Positions 45,728 to 55,566 of a stretch of 64,000 nt of DNA are shown one piece after another; within the stretch, counting starts at the first letter, position 1; every line of letters starts with the position of its first letter. A program made the translations under genes and the position numbers. The notes under the pieces are model-generated. The model made no database searches and was not told where the DNA came from. It saw only the letters and a program-made list of their open reading frames with translations. The DNA comes from an uncultured Anaerolineaceae bacterium (GTDB lineage Bacteria > Chloroflexota > Anaerolineae > Anaerolineales > E44-bin32), in assembly GCA_964385355.1 (NCBI GenBank), contig CAYLOO010000002.1, forward strand, positions 30,091 through 94,090, read 5' to 3'.

Positions 45728-47563
45728 TTATTGCAGGAAATGCTCTTCGGATAGACTATCCAATCCTAACTCCCTCATCTTCTTCGTCGTTGGCATTCCT
45801 GTGCTTGAATCCCATCCACGTCCATCGTAGTAGGCAAGCAACATCTCTTCAAAAGGAGGGGTATAACCAGCAGCGCCGCCTTCTGCAAGAGGAACTTTAA
45901 AACACTCTGGCAGCGAGTCCTCTATTCCAACGGGGCTGAGGTGGTGGTTGATCATCCTTTTGAGATTCCATGATCGCTCGCCGAGAAGCAGCAGCTCGTT
46001 TAAAGTGTATTCAAATCCAGTTGCGAATTGGATCAATTTACTGGTGTCGCTTGGAGGTACGTTTGCGAAGATGCACATCACGAGGGCGTTTATGACAGAT
46101 GACCAATTCTGATGACGGATGATGTTCTTGACCTTTTCCACTCCATCCTGGCGATTGAAGAAGTCTATGCCGATCACCTCAATTGTCTGCCCCAGCTCGA
46201 CCAAGTAGTACGGTCCCTGATTATGGCAAGCGCCTCGAGGTGAGGTGGCGTAAACAAGCGCCATCCCTGATCCACCTCGCGGCTCATGATAAGGCACTTC
46301 TAGTCCCTTTACTTCTACCGCAGCATTCGGTGAGTTAAAATGCTCCGCTAGAGCCCTCGCCCCTCTGGCTATGATCGCCCCCAAACCTTCACGCAACACA
46401 GTTTGATGGACGAGTTTCTCGACAACAGCGTGATCCCCCCAACGGAATTCATCGCCTCCGAAGTCCTTTGAAGTGAATAATCCATCCTCGAATAATTTCA
46501 AAACTAAGCCAATTGTGTTAGAGAGCGAGATCGTATCCATCCCATAGCGATCACATATCTCCCCCATTCTCGTAATGAACGGTAGATCCGTAATTCCGAG
46601 ATTCGGTCCGAAACCGACTGTCGTCTCATATTCGGGACCCTTTCGTTCTATACCGTCCTTCAATTTAACTTTTCTACCGCACGCGATCACACAACCATGA
46701 CAAGCGCTGATACCACTTAATATCGTCTCCGCTGCCTCTGATCCAGAGACATTTTCAGTACCCTCCAACGAGCCTGCTGAAAAGTATTTCTTTGGCATTA
46801 AACCAAAATGATCGAATAAATCGCTTGAACTGGATGTGCCTAATTCTCGCATACTCACACTTACGATATCGTTCTTGAGCTCTCTGTTTACTCTAGCCCT
46901 GATGGCTGCATATTCTGCCGGGTTATCAAGATGGATCGAACCTCGACCGCGAACGGCGATAGCCTTCAAGTTCTTCGAACCCATTACGGCGCCCAATCCA
47001 GTCCGTCCCGCCACTCTTCCATGATCGCAGAGTATCAGTGCGAAGGGGATTTGTTGTTCCCCGGCAAGACCGATACATGCCACCCGAGCTGCCGGCTGAC
47101 CTAGTTCTTCCTTGATTATTTCCTGTGTTTGGTACGTATCTGCCGCTCCCCATAGATGGCCAGCAGAACGAAGCTCTATCTGGCTACCCTGGATATTTAA
47201 ATAAACCGGTACTGCGGCTCGACCGCGAACGATCAAGACATCGATCCCTGCTTTACGCAACTCTGTTCCGAAGAAACCACCAATATTGGATTCGGCCCAG
47301 AGCCCTGTCGAGGGTGACTTGCCAGAAATGACAGACCGAGCCACGGCGGGCCCACTCGTGCCCGTTAGCGGCCCGGTTAGAAAGGCAAGAGGGGCTTCTG
47401 GGCACAGTGGATCGAGGTCTGGGGACAACTCAGGGAATAGTAAATACGCGCCTAGACCACTCCCTCCTAGATACTTTTGTATAACTTCATGCTTGATAAT
47501 CTCAATAGCATTTGAGCCAGTTGAAAGATCAATCGTCAAGGTACGGAATTGGTACTTGCTCAT
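45728..47563 (-). CDS. aor: Aldehyde:ferredoxin oxidoreductase family (tungstopterin) enzyme
   Basis: The N-terminus IDLSTG...YLGGSGLGAYLL, the size (611 aa), and the CHGCVIACGR [4Fe-4S] Cys motif. Confidence 0.88.
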   Translation of the reverse strand: MSKYQFRTLTIDLSTGSNAIEIIKHEVIQKYLGGSGLGAYLLFPELSPDLDPLCPEAPLAFLTGPLTGTSGPAVARSVISGKSPSTGLWAESNIGGFFGTELRKAGIDVLIVRGRAAVPVYLNIQGSQIELRSAGHLWGAADTYQTQEIIKEELGQPAARVACIGLAGEQQIPFALILCDHGRVAGRTGLGAVMGSKNLKAIAVRGRGSIHLDNPAEYAAIRARVNRELKNDIVSVSMRELGTSSSSDLFDHFGLMPKKYFSAGSLEGTENVSGSEAAETILSGISACHGCVIACGRKVKLKDGIERKGPEYETTVGFGPNLGITDLPFITRMGEICDRYGMDTISLSNTIGLVLKLFEDGLFTSKDFGGDEFRWGDHAVVEKLVHQTVLREGLGAIIARGARALAEHFNSPNAAVEVKGLEVPYHEPRGGSGMALVYATSPRGACHNQGPYYLVELGQTIEVIGIDFFNRQDGVEKVKNIIRHQNWSSVINALVMCIFANVPPSDTSKLIQFATGFEYTLNELLLLGERSWNLKRMINHHLSPVGIEDSLPECFKVPLAEGGAAGYTPPFEEMLLAYYDGRGWDSSTGMPTTKKMRELGLDSLSEEHFLQ

Positions 47564-47647
47564 TGCCTGGGAATTTTATGGATCTGTCGTTGGCGACTGT
47601 GCATTAAGCAGTGCTCCATTCTCGTAGAATCACGTTTCCTAGAAGAT

Positions 47648-49273
47648 CTAAATTTTTTCAGCAATCCCGCTCATCGCGTATTCTGCCATCGCAGTTATCG
47701 TCAAGGTCGGGTTTAGCCCTGGGTTAGCCTGGATGATTGAACCATCGACGATATACAGGCCTGGGTAGTTAAACACCTCAAGCTCATTATTGACCACCCC
47801 TTCCGCGTCGCTCTTCCCCATAAGACACCCCCCTAGAATATGTGCGGTCATCGATGCGTTCAGCGCGCCTTCTGCAATATTCCCCATTGGCATACCATCA
47901 ATCTCCGCGGCCATCGCTCGTACTACCTGGTGGCCTATTGGAATTTCCGCAGGCACCTGTTTCTCCGTCCCTCTATCTGATGTCATTCCCAAACGGTATA
48001 AAGTCGTTAGACTGCGGCCCAGTTTCACACGCATGAGATTGTCCTCGGTTTGCATAAGGAGGATTCCAAAAGTGCGTCGGCCCCAGGTGGGTTCGAACTT
48101 CGATTTAATAAAGGACCAGGGATGGCGGAGAATGGCGAGCAGGAGCATCCACAATCGGTAGACAACTCCAGCCTTACCAGCCTCGATCATCGGCGCACCT
48201 AATAAGCGATACATGAATGACGAGCCTTCTTGAAATCGAAAAGGCTCGATATGGGTAACGTCGTCAGCATGGAAAACTGTGCTAATCGCAATTCCTTCCG
48301 TATGATTGCTGGCCGGATCCAGATCGGTAACGCCTAGGAGCGCTTCGCTATTTGTCCGCACATTTTCTCCAAGCCTTATGGACAACTCGGGGAGAGTGCG
48401 CAATACATCTCGGCATCGTAGAAGCAGGTTCAACGTTCCGATTACCCCCGCGGCGACGATCACGTTGGTGGCATAAACTTCAGCGTTCACGTACCGGATT
48501 GCACGTGTAGGATTATAGTATCGAATGCGATACCTGGCGCCATCCTCAACTCCATCTTTCACTTTACTTATTTCAGTGACCTGAGACTCAGGCCGGATCT
48601 CAACTCCGAGTTTTTCAGCAAAATACAGATAGTTCTTCGGTAGCGTATTTTTTGCGTTTTCCCTGCACCCAACCATGCAGCCGCCGCAATAGGTGCATCC
48701 TGACCGTCGAGGGCCCTCGCCATTAAAGAAAGGGTCATCAACCTCGACGCCCTGTGTACCGAAATAAACGCCTACAGGAAGGTTTCGAAATGTACTCCCC
48801 CTGCCCATTTTCTCTGCTACCGATCTCATGATCCTGTCGGCTTCAGTAATGCTGGGGCTGAGCGTACGCCCTAACATCCGCTTTGCCGTCTCAAAATGAG
48901 GAGCGAGGACAGATTTCCAATCATCAAGACCAGCCCAATTGCCAATCTCATACATTTTCGCGTCCGGATCCACGAGCACGTTCGCATATCCCAGGCTTCC
49001 ACCGCCCACCCCGCTCCAGCGCATTGCCATCACATCTCGCAAAAGTGTTAATTCCATGATTCCGAACAAACGAAGCGCGGGCATCCAAAGGTATTTCCGC
49101 AACACCCAATTGCTCTTCGGAAAATCCTCATCCTCGTACCGTAAACCTCTCTCAAGTACGAGAACCCGATATCCCTTTTCGGCCAAACGCATTGCCGAAA
49201 CACTCCCGCCAAATCCCGAGCCGATGATTACAAAATCGTAAAGATGTTCGGATGATTGAGTATCTGATGCCAT
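47648..49273 (-). CDS. GMC family FAD oxidoreductase (cholesterol oxidase-like)
   Basis: YDFVIIGSGFGGSVSAMRLAEKGYRVLVLERG, and a C-terminal GMC pattern NPGLNPTLTITAMAE. Confidence 0.88.
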   Translation of the reverse strand: MASDTQSSEHLYDFVIIGSGFGGSVSAMRLAEKGYRVLVLERGLRYEDEDFPKSNWVLRKYLWMPALRLFGIMELTLLRDVMAMRWSGVGGGSLGYANVLVDPDAKMYEIGNWAGLDDWKSVLAPHFETAKRMLGRTLSPSITEADRIMRSVAEKMGRGSTFRNLPVGVYFGTQGVEVDDPFFNGEGPRRSGCTYCGGCMVGCRENAKNTLPKNYLYFAEKLGVEIRPESQVTEISKVKDGVEDGARYRIRYYNPTRAIRYVNAEVYATNVIVAAGVIGTLNLLLRCRDVLRTLPELSIRLGENVRTNSEALLGVTDLDPASNHTEGIAISTVFHADDVTHIEPFRFQEGSSFMYRLLGAPMIEAGKAGVVYRLWMLLLAILRHPWSFIKSKFEPTWGRRTFGILLMQTEDNLMRVKLGRSLTTLYRLGMTSDRGTEKQVPAEIPIGHQVVRAMAAEIDGMPMGNIAEGALNASMTAHILGGCLMGKSDAEGVVNNELEVFNYPGLYIVDGSIIQANPGLNPTLTITAMAEYAMSGIAEKI

Positions 49274-49351
49274 GAATTTACCTGTTTTCTAAAAATATAG
49301 ACCGGTGGAACGCCGCAATTTACGTTGGAAATCTAAATGCGAAATTCGCCA

Positions 49352-49624
49352 CTAATCCAACCATAACGTATCGAACAGGATGATTTCACTCGAAGATTCA
49401 ATGGGAGCTTGCTCTTGAATACCTGGCGGAAGACATTTCATAATTGCTTCTATATTTTCTGCTTTCCACTGGCAATACAATTTCCCTTCTGCTGGATCTA
49501 AGAATGAATGAAGCCACTCAACATCTCCGTGGGCTTTCTTTCTAACTTCGCGCCACTGATCGATCCATTCATCCTGTGATTCAGGATACATTGCAACTTT
49601 ATGTACGAGAAGGTAATGCGGCAT
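49352..49624 (-). CDS. Small conserved hypothetical protein (possibly DUF4242-like)
   Basis: 90 aa with an ORF of plausible composition. The family call is from memory of a ferredoxin-like small-protein pattern and is weak. Confidence 0.5.
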   Translation of the reverse strand: MPHYLLVHKVAMYPESQDEWIDQWREVRKKAHGDVEWLHSFLDPAEGKLYCQWKAENIEAIMKCLPPGIQEQAPIESSSEIILFDTLWLD

Positions 49625-49665
49625 GGTCCGACCTCCTGGTCATGGGCACGATTCTTCAAGGCTAA

Positions 49666-50082
49666 TTATTTTATCGGAACCTCTTTACAGCAGCGTACAA
49701 AATCCAGCACAGTAGGCACATTGCGCAGCATGTATGCCATATTCCCCTCAACTCGAAGACGACGGGTCATCATCGCCTGGATCGGGTCCAATTGACCGGT
49801 AAATAATTGCTCGATATTGCCTATGCGGGCGCGAAGTGTATATGCTGCATCCGGCATCTCTTCTTTCTCCAGATTGATGAACCATGCGCCGCGGCACTTC
49901 CCATGCCATAGATCGAGATATACGGCCATAGGAAGATCATGTCTCCGATCCCCGTCTTCCGGTTCAATCACAACATTCATATCCCCTTCCCAATTCTGTG
50001 CAATCTCTGCATAGCGTTGATCTGAATTAAGAACTTCGACGAGAACTTGCAGCCATTCTTCGCTAGGAAATGAATAAGCCAT
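49666..50082 (-). CDS. SCP2 sterol-binding domain protein
   Basis: LFTGQLDPIQAMMTRRLRVEGNMAYMLR is an SCP2 C-terminal pattern. Start ATG 50082 has GGAGGAG upstream. The track ORF extends to 50109. Confidence 0.75.
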   Translation of the reverse strand: MAYSFPSEEWLQVLVEVLNSDQRYAEIAQNWEGDMNVVIEPEDGDRRHDLPMAVYLDLWHGKCRGAWFINLEKEEMPDAAYTLRARIGNIEQLFTGQLDPIQAMMTRRLRVEGNMAYMLRNVPTVLDFVRCCKEVPIK

Positions 50083-50205
50083 ACAGCTCCTCCAGAAAGG
50101 GTGATTCAATTATGTGCCATAAGATGCATACCTGTCAACGCGTCACGTTGACATCGCTCTCTTTACTCGGTTACACTCACAGGCGCAGATTAGCGGGAGG
50201 ATGTC

Positions 50206-51357
50206 ATGATTTACCCCAGAGAAAAACTTGAAGATCTGGAGGATAAGCATCTTGCACCGTATGGCTTTCGCAGCCGCGATTCTAAAGGGCGTGAGCATCC
50301 CGATCCAGAGCGTAAATACCGCACAGCCTTCCAACGCGACCGTGATCGCATCATCCACACAACTGCCTTTCGGCGTCTTGAATATAAGACGCAAGTATTT
50401 GTAAATACCGAGGGCGACTACTATAGAACTCGGCTGACCCACACGCTGGAGGTTGCGCAGATAGGCAGAACGATTGCCCGTGCGCTTGGCGCGAACGAAG
50501 ACCTCGTGGAGGCGATCTGCCTTGCCCACGACCTCGGTCACACACCTTTCGGTCATTCGGGCGAGCATATTCTCTCCGAATTGATGAGTGACTACGGCGG
50601 CTTTGAACACAATCGCCAATCACTTCGCATTGTGACGATACTGGAAAGAAGGTTTCCACAATTCCCCGGTCTGAACCTAACTTACGAGGTTCGTGAGGGT
50701 ATTGTCAAGCACGAAACGGAATACGATATCTCGGACGCACAAGGCTATGACCCGAAGAAACGCGGAAATTTAGAAGCACAGATAGCAAATGTGGCTGATG
50801 AAGCAGCATACACCGCACATGATCTAGACGATGGCCTTCGTTCTGGTTTACTCAAAATAAAACAACTTGAAGAAATTACGCTATGGCAGAAACTAAAGGA
50901 GATTGTCGGCTGGGATGCCATGGAGCTTGACGATATTACCCGGCACCAAATCATCCGTCGCTTGATCGGTATCGAGATCTCAGATGTGCTAGAGTCGACT
51001 TTACTTACCCTGGAAGCGAGCGGCGCTCAATCCGTGGATGAGCTTCAGCGCTATAAAGGGAACGTCGTTGTCTATTCTGAACCATTCATCAAGATGAACC
51101 AGGAGTTGAAAGATTTCCTTTTCGTAAATATGTACCGCCACTTTCGAGTTTACCGTATGCAGATCAAAGCAGAACATATCTTGCAGGATTTATTCAATGC
51201 CTACACCGAAAATCCGGGTATACTTCCCGCAGAAGTTCAGGAACGAGCAAAGAATGGTGAATTTCACCGAGTAATTTGCGATTATATCGCTGGTATGACT
51301 GATCGCTTTGCACTAGATGAGCACAGCCGTTTATTTGATCCACAAGCAGCTTTGTAG
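50206..51357 (+). CDS. dgt: dGTP triphosphohydrolase-like HD-domain protein
   Basis: FQRDRDRIIHTTAFRRLEYKTQVF...TRLTHTLEVAQI...HDLGHTPFGH. Confidence 0.9.
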   Translation: MIYPREKLEDLEDKHLAPYGFRSRDSKGREHPDPERKYRTAFQRDRDRIIHTTAFRRLEYKTQVFVNTEGDYYRTRLTHTLEVAQIGRTIARALGANEDLVEAICLAHDLGHTPFGHSGEHILSELMSDYGGFEHNRQSLRIVTILERRFPQFPGLNLTYEVREGIVKHETEYDISDAQGYDPKKRGNLEAQIANVADEAAYTAHDLDDGLRSGLLKIKQLEEITLWQKLKEIVGWDAMELDDITRHQIIRRLIGIEISDVLESTLLTLEASGAQSVDELQRYKGNVVVYSEPFIKMNQELKDFLFVNMYRHFRVYRMQIKAEHILQDLFNAYTENPGILPAEVQERAKNGEFHRVICDYIAGMTDRFALDEHSRLFDPQAAL

Positions 51358-51379
51358 ATAAGCTTCATCAGGTAAGATC

Positions 51380-51847
51380 ATGGAAAATAAAGAGATCTAT
51401 CTTACATCTGAAGGCGCACTAAAGCTTCAGGAAGAACTCAAGGAATTAACGGGACCACGGCGCGTGGATATAGCAAAACGTCTTCGTGAGGCGATCTCCA
51501 TGGGAGATCTCAAGGAAAACGCGGATTATATTGTCGCCAAGGAAGACCAGGCTTTTTTAGAGGGGAAGATCGCCGAGATACAGCAAATTCTAAAAATTGC
51601 AATTATTGTTGAAGGCAATGGCAGCAATGAGCAAGTTAATATCGGATCAACAGTTGTTGTTATTATTGACGGCGATGCTCCGCAGACGTACAAACTCGTG
51701 GGCATTAAAGAAGCCGATCCAAGAAACGGCAAGATATCGAACGAATCACCCATAGGCAGTTCTCTTATGGGAAGACGTGCCGGTGATACGGCCACTGCTG
51801 AGACCCCGGGTGGTGACCTCATAATGAAGATCCAAGAAATTCGGTAA
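51380..51847 (+). CDS. greA: Transcription elongation factor GreA
   Basis: 155 aa. The N-terminal coiled coil carries LKENADY, and the C-terminal domain carries SPIGSSLMGRRAGD. Confidence 0.92.
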   Translation: MENKEIYLTSEGALKLQEELKELTGPRRVDIAKRLREAISMGDLKENADYIVAKEDQAFLEGKIAEIQQILKIAIIVEGNGSNEQVNIGSTVVVIIDGDAPQTYKLVGIKEADPRNGKISNESPIGSSLMGRRAGDTATAETPGGDLIMKIQEIR

Positions 51848-51942
51848 AACACTTGGGAGGTGTAGAGACGGATCATGCTACGCCTCTACAAGTATCCTGG
51901 TTAATATATTCGTTGGGGAGATTAGCACGGGATATAATGTAA

Positions 51943-51973
51943 GTGGCTGGCCTTTTTGGCCAGCCACTTTTTT
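51943..51973 (+). terminator. Strong intrinsic terminator (GTGGCTGGCC-ttttt-GGCCAGCCAC-TTTTTT)
   Basis: Perfect 10-bp GC-rich stem and T6. Confidence 0.88.
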
Positions 51974-52029
51974 ATTCGTCGAGACAAACGGTGTTCTCTG
52001 TCGCTTCCAGAAACCCTTTATAGGATTTC

Positions 52030-53094
52030 CTAGGTCTTGGCTATTGCTTTCAGTTCGATCGTCATGCGTTCAAAGAAACTTTCTTTAGGAAGTGCCCCCT
52101 CCCCATAACTAATATCAACGATGCGAGCCTCGACGCGAAGGGAAGCAGTTTCTAGTTCTACAACCTCTCCTCCCTCGGCCGCAACCGGATCACCTTTCGC
52201 GGCGAGTTGACTGCGCGCCTCTTCATCGCTGAAGGTGTAGTTGCTCATAATAATCTTGGTTACGGTCTGAATATCATTTTTATCGAAGAGCCAAACCTCA
52301 AAAGCTGATACTTTCTTGGGATCCCCCACCCCTATTGCTTCAGCAATACCTACACCACACTCACCCAGGAAGTCGCCAGATGCTGGGCTTTCTACGCTGA
52401 ACGAATCATCATACAGATCATCGCCGATCGTGTAGGTTGTACGGAATGTTGCCAACGGCTCGTCACTCGGGATTTCCATTTCAGCTTCAAAACCGATATC
52501 ATGCGCTGCATCCTCAGGTTCAGGCATAAACTCAGATTCAAAGTCGCTTTCCCTGGCTTCGATCCTGCGTCGCATGACTAGCGCAACACCAAGCAACGCG
52601 CCTAAACCCAGCGTTCCCAGACAAACTGGCAAAATGTACCGTGATGCTGTAGTCGGTTCTGACGTCACAGCAGTCGGATCTGCAATTACGGCAGTCGTCT
52701 CCGACGCCGCCAGCTCTTCACTCGCTTCAGTGGTTCCAATGACCGGCGCACCTGAGGGCGATTCCATAGCCACAAGCGCCTGGAACTTTTGGAGTTCGCT
52801 AGGGCTGACTTCACCTGGACTTTGGCCCACATCTCTTAGTGTTTCTTCTTTATTTTCGCCGAGCGATTCATAGCGTTGAATGGCTAATTCTGCATCTGCA
52901 TTTACGGAATACGAATCAATCGCCATTCGTAAGTAATCCACGCGAAGGTCCTCGCGCAGCTGAGAAATGTCAGCATCAACAAGCTGCACGGGCTGAAGCA
53001 CCCAAGCGTAAAGTAAACCCAGCGCAAGTCCTGCGATTAGAGCCACGATTACGGCGAAGGACTTCCTAGTGATTATCTCTTTTGCGTTATCCAT
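52030..53094 (-). CDS. Hypothetical membrane protein with two TM segments, an acidic linker and a C-terminal soluble domain
   Basis: Hydrophobic segments near residues 12-32 and 155-175, and a D/E-rich region. No recognisable motif. Confidence 0.6.
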   Translation of the reverse strand: MDNAKEIITRKSFAVIVALIAGLALGLLYAWVLQPVQLVDADISQLREDLRVDYLRMAIDSYSVNADAELAIQRYESLGENKEETLRDVGQSPGEVSPSELQKFQALVAMESPSGAPVIGTTEASEELAASETTAVIADPTAVTSEPTTASRYILPVCLGTLGLGALLGVALVMRRRIEARESDFESEFMPEPEDAAHDIGFEAEMEIPSDEPLATFRTTYTIGDDLYDDSFSVESPASGDFLGECGVGIAEAIGVGDPKKVSAFEVWLFDKNDIQTVTKIIMSNYTFSDEEARSQLAAKGDPVAAEGGEVVELETASLRVEARIVDISYGEGALPKESFFERMTIELKAIAKT

Positions 53095-53207
53095 GGTCTC
53101 TCTTTTCCCTCCATAGCCCTCAGCCTAATATTCTCAGGGCTGAAGATACTCCACTGTCTGGATTTTAGTCTGACAGTGAGAACAAAGCAAAGTAACCGAT
53201 GCATGAT

Positions 53208-55550
53208 CTATGCCGTATCATCCCCGGTATTTGAAAATTCGCTGCGATCGAATTTCGCCCCGCATGATTTGCACACTGCCTGATCACGATTCTCCACTAC
53301 CAGCAGCCCATTACAAGCTGGACAGGGTACATTTAAAGGTCGTTTCCAGGAAGTGAATTGGCATTCCGGGTAATTCGAGCAGCCGTAGAATACGCGCCCT
53401 TTCTTGGTTCGTCTCTCGACCAGATCACCGCCGTCGTCCGGGCAGCTAACCCCAATTTTCTCAAGCCAAGGCTCGGTGTGCCGGCAAGTGGGGAAATCCG
53501 AACAGCCGATGAATTTTCCATAGCGCCCATGTCGAATTAGAAGAGGTTTTCCACACTCAGGACAGGGAAGATCGAGCAATTCAGGCTCCGTCTTAATCTC
53601 AGGCATATTCTCAATAGCGCTCTCAAGCTCCTCTGAGAATGGCTTATAGAATTCGCGGATGACCTCCACCCATTCCCGTTTACCTGATGCGATTTCGTCT
53701 AACGAACCTTCCAGTTTGGCAGTGAAAGTTATATCGAGCACCTCCGAGAAATGCTCCACCAGTAGATCCGTGACAATTTCACCGATCTCGGTAGGATGCA
53801 GGCGTCGCTTCTCTCGAGTAACGTATCCCCGCTGACGCAGCGTCGAGATCGTTGGAGCATAAGTTGAAGGACGACCAATCCCATGGTCTTCCATTGCTTT
53901 AATCAAACTTGCGTCGGAATAACGTGAAGGAGGTTGCGTGAAATGCTGACCTGGAAACACCTCAGTCAGATCAAGAGAATCCCCCTCCACCAGTTCGGGA
54001 AGTTGTTCAAGTGTGGACATAAGACCATTTCCGCCATTATCTCCATTCTTGGATTTCTTCTCCCTATCACCATACACTTCCAAGAACCCTGTAAACCGTA
54101 AGGCGGATGCCGACACTCTGAAAAGATACTTATGGTCCGTAGAAACGCCCTCGATCTCAATCGCAAGCGTGTTGTACTCTGCGGGTTTCATCTGGGAGGC
54201 GACAAATCGCCGCCAGATGAGATCGTATAATTTAAACTGATCTGCCGAGAGATACGCCTTGATCCGCTCTGGAGTTCGGGAAACAGATGTTGGGCGAATC
54301 GCCTCGTGCGCTTCTTGAGCGCCGCGCGCTCGCGTCTTGTAGATTACTGGATTCCCGGGTAGGAAATCTTTTCCAAAGCGCTTTTCGATAAATTGCCTGG
54401 CATCCCCAATGGCATCCTTAGACACCTGTGTCGAATCTGTACGCATATAAGTAATCAGACCGTATGAATCACCTTCGCCTACATCGAGTCCCTCATACAA
54501 TTGCTGAGCGATAGCCATTGTCTTACGCGCAGTGTAATTAAACCGTCTAGACGCAGCTTGCTGCATTGTACTGGTTGTGAAGGGTGCCGCTGGTTTTCGG
54601 ATACGCTGGCCATGCTTGACCCCACCTACGCGGTAATCCGCCGCTTCGATATCCTCGACGAGCTCCTTAACTTCCCCTTCGCTCGTGATTTCTGCTTTCG
54701 TACCATCCCGGCGTGTAAGTCTCGCTATAAAATTAGGAGGCTTCTGTTGATTCACGAATCCTGCATCGATCGTCCAATATTCCTGGGGAATGAAATCCTG
54801 GATTTCACGCTCTCTTTCTACAACCATCCTCAGGGCAACGGATTGAACCCTACCAGCCGATAGGCGCCCACGGACCTTGGACCAGAGCAATGGGCTGAGT
54901 TTGTAGCCCACAAGCCTGTCGATGATGCGTCGAGCCTGCTGCGCATCGACAAGATCCATATCAATAATGCGTGGTTTTTGAAATGCCTCTTCAACAGCAG
55001 TTTTCGTGATCTCATGGAATACTACACGTTTAACGATTTCGGGTTCGATCTCAACCGCTTCAATAAGATGCCATGCGATCGCCTCACCTTCGCGATCTGG
55101 GTCTGTTGCAACGAAAACTTCGGCAGCTTTTGCAGAATCTCCCTTTAAGCCCTTGACGACATCGCGTTTTTCGTTTGGAACCCGGTACTTTGGTGTAAAA
55201 TTATTCTCCACGTCTACCGATAGCTGAGAGCGCAATAGATCGCGAACATGACCCACCGACGCTGTCACAGAGTAATCTTTTCCCAAGATTCGTCCAACTG
55301 TCCTCGCCTTTGCGGGAGATTCCACAATGACCAGTTTGCCTTTGCGTTTGTGAGGCTTTTTCTTTGATGCTTTCTTCTGCACATCAGGTTTCTCAAGACC
55401 TTCGTGCGCCGGTGTTTTACCCATCCTATATAACCCGGTGGCGCAAACCGGACATATTCCCCGCGTTGCTGGAGTCCCAGAAGACGTAAACGTCGGTTTT
55501 GGGCTGCCAATTTCTCTCTTCTCCTTGCACTTTACACAATAAGCTTCCAT
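53208..55550 (-). CDS. topA: DNA topoisomerase I with an extra N-terminal zinc ribbon
   Basis: Toprim LVIVESPAKA and the active-site region ITYMRTDS. C-terminal CxxC zinc ribbons. The N-terminal 45 aa carry CVKC...CPVC. Confidence 0.93.
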   Translation of the reverse strand: MEAYCVKCKEKREIGSPKPTFTSSGTPATRGICPVCATGLYRMGKTPAHEGLEKPDVQKKASKKKPHKRKGKLVIVESPAKARTVGRILGKDYSVTASVGHVRDLLRSQLSVDVENNFTPKYRVPNEKRDVVKGLKGDSAKAAEVFVATDPDREGEAIAWHLIEAVEIEPEIVKRVVFHEITKTAVEEAFQKPRIIDMDLVDAQQARRIIDRLVGYKLSPLLWSKVRGRLSAGRVQSVALRMVVEREREIQDFIPQEYWTIDAGFVNQQKPPNFIARLTRRDGTKAEITSEGEVKELVEDIEAADYRVGGVKHGQRIRKPAAPFTTSTMQQAASRRFNYTARKTMAIAQQLYEGLDVGEGDSYGLITYMRTDSTQVSKDAIGDARQFIEKRFGKDFLPGNPVIYKTRARGAQEAHEAIRPTSVSRTPERIKAYLSADQFKLYDLIWRRFVASQMKPAEYNTLAIEIEGVSTDHKYLFRVSASALRFTGFLEVYGDREKKSKNGDNGGNGLMSTLEQLPELVEGDSLDLTEVFPGQHFTQPPSRYSDASLIKAMEDHGIGRPSTYAPTISTLRQRGYVTREKRRLHPTEIGEIVTDLLVEHFSEVLDITFTAKLEGSLDEIASGKREWVEVIREFYKPFSEELESAIENMPEIKTEPELLDLPCPECGKPLLIRHGRYGKFIGCSDFPTCRHTEPWLEKIGVSCPDDGGDLVERRTKKGRVFYGCSNYPECQFTSWKRPLNVPCPACNGLLVVENRDQAVCKSCGAKFDRSEFSNTGDDTA

Positions 55551-55566
55551 ATAAGAATAATCTCCG

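Noticed and set aside
51933-51973. TATAAT-like box directly followed by the greA terminator hairpin, as a possible tiny transcription unit
   Set aside because: The box lacks the TG extension seen at other promoters here, and the putative transcript would consist only of the terminator. It is more simply a chance match upstream of the greA terminator.
53095-53207. Hairpins (CACTGTC...GACAGTG and AGCCCT...AGGGCT on the minus strand) as a topA terminator
   Set aside because: The stems are short with large loops, and no U-tract follows on the minus strand. That is insufficient to call a terminator.
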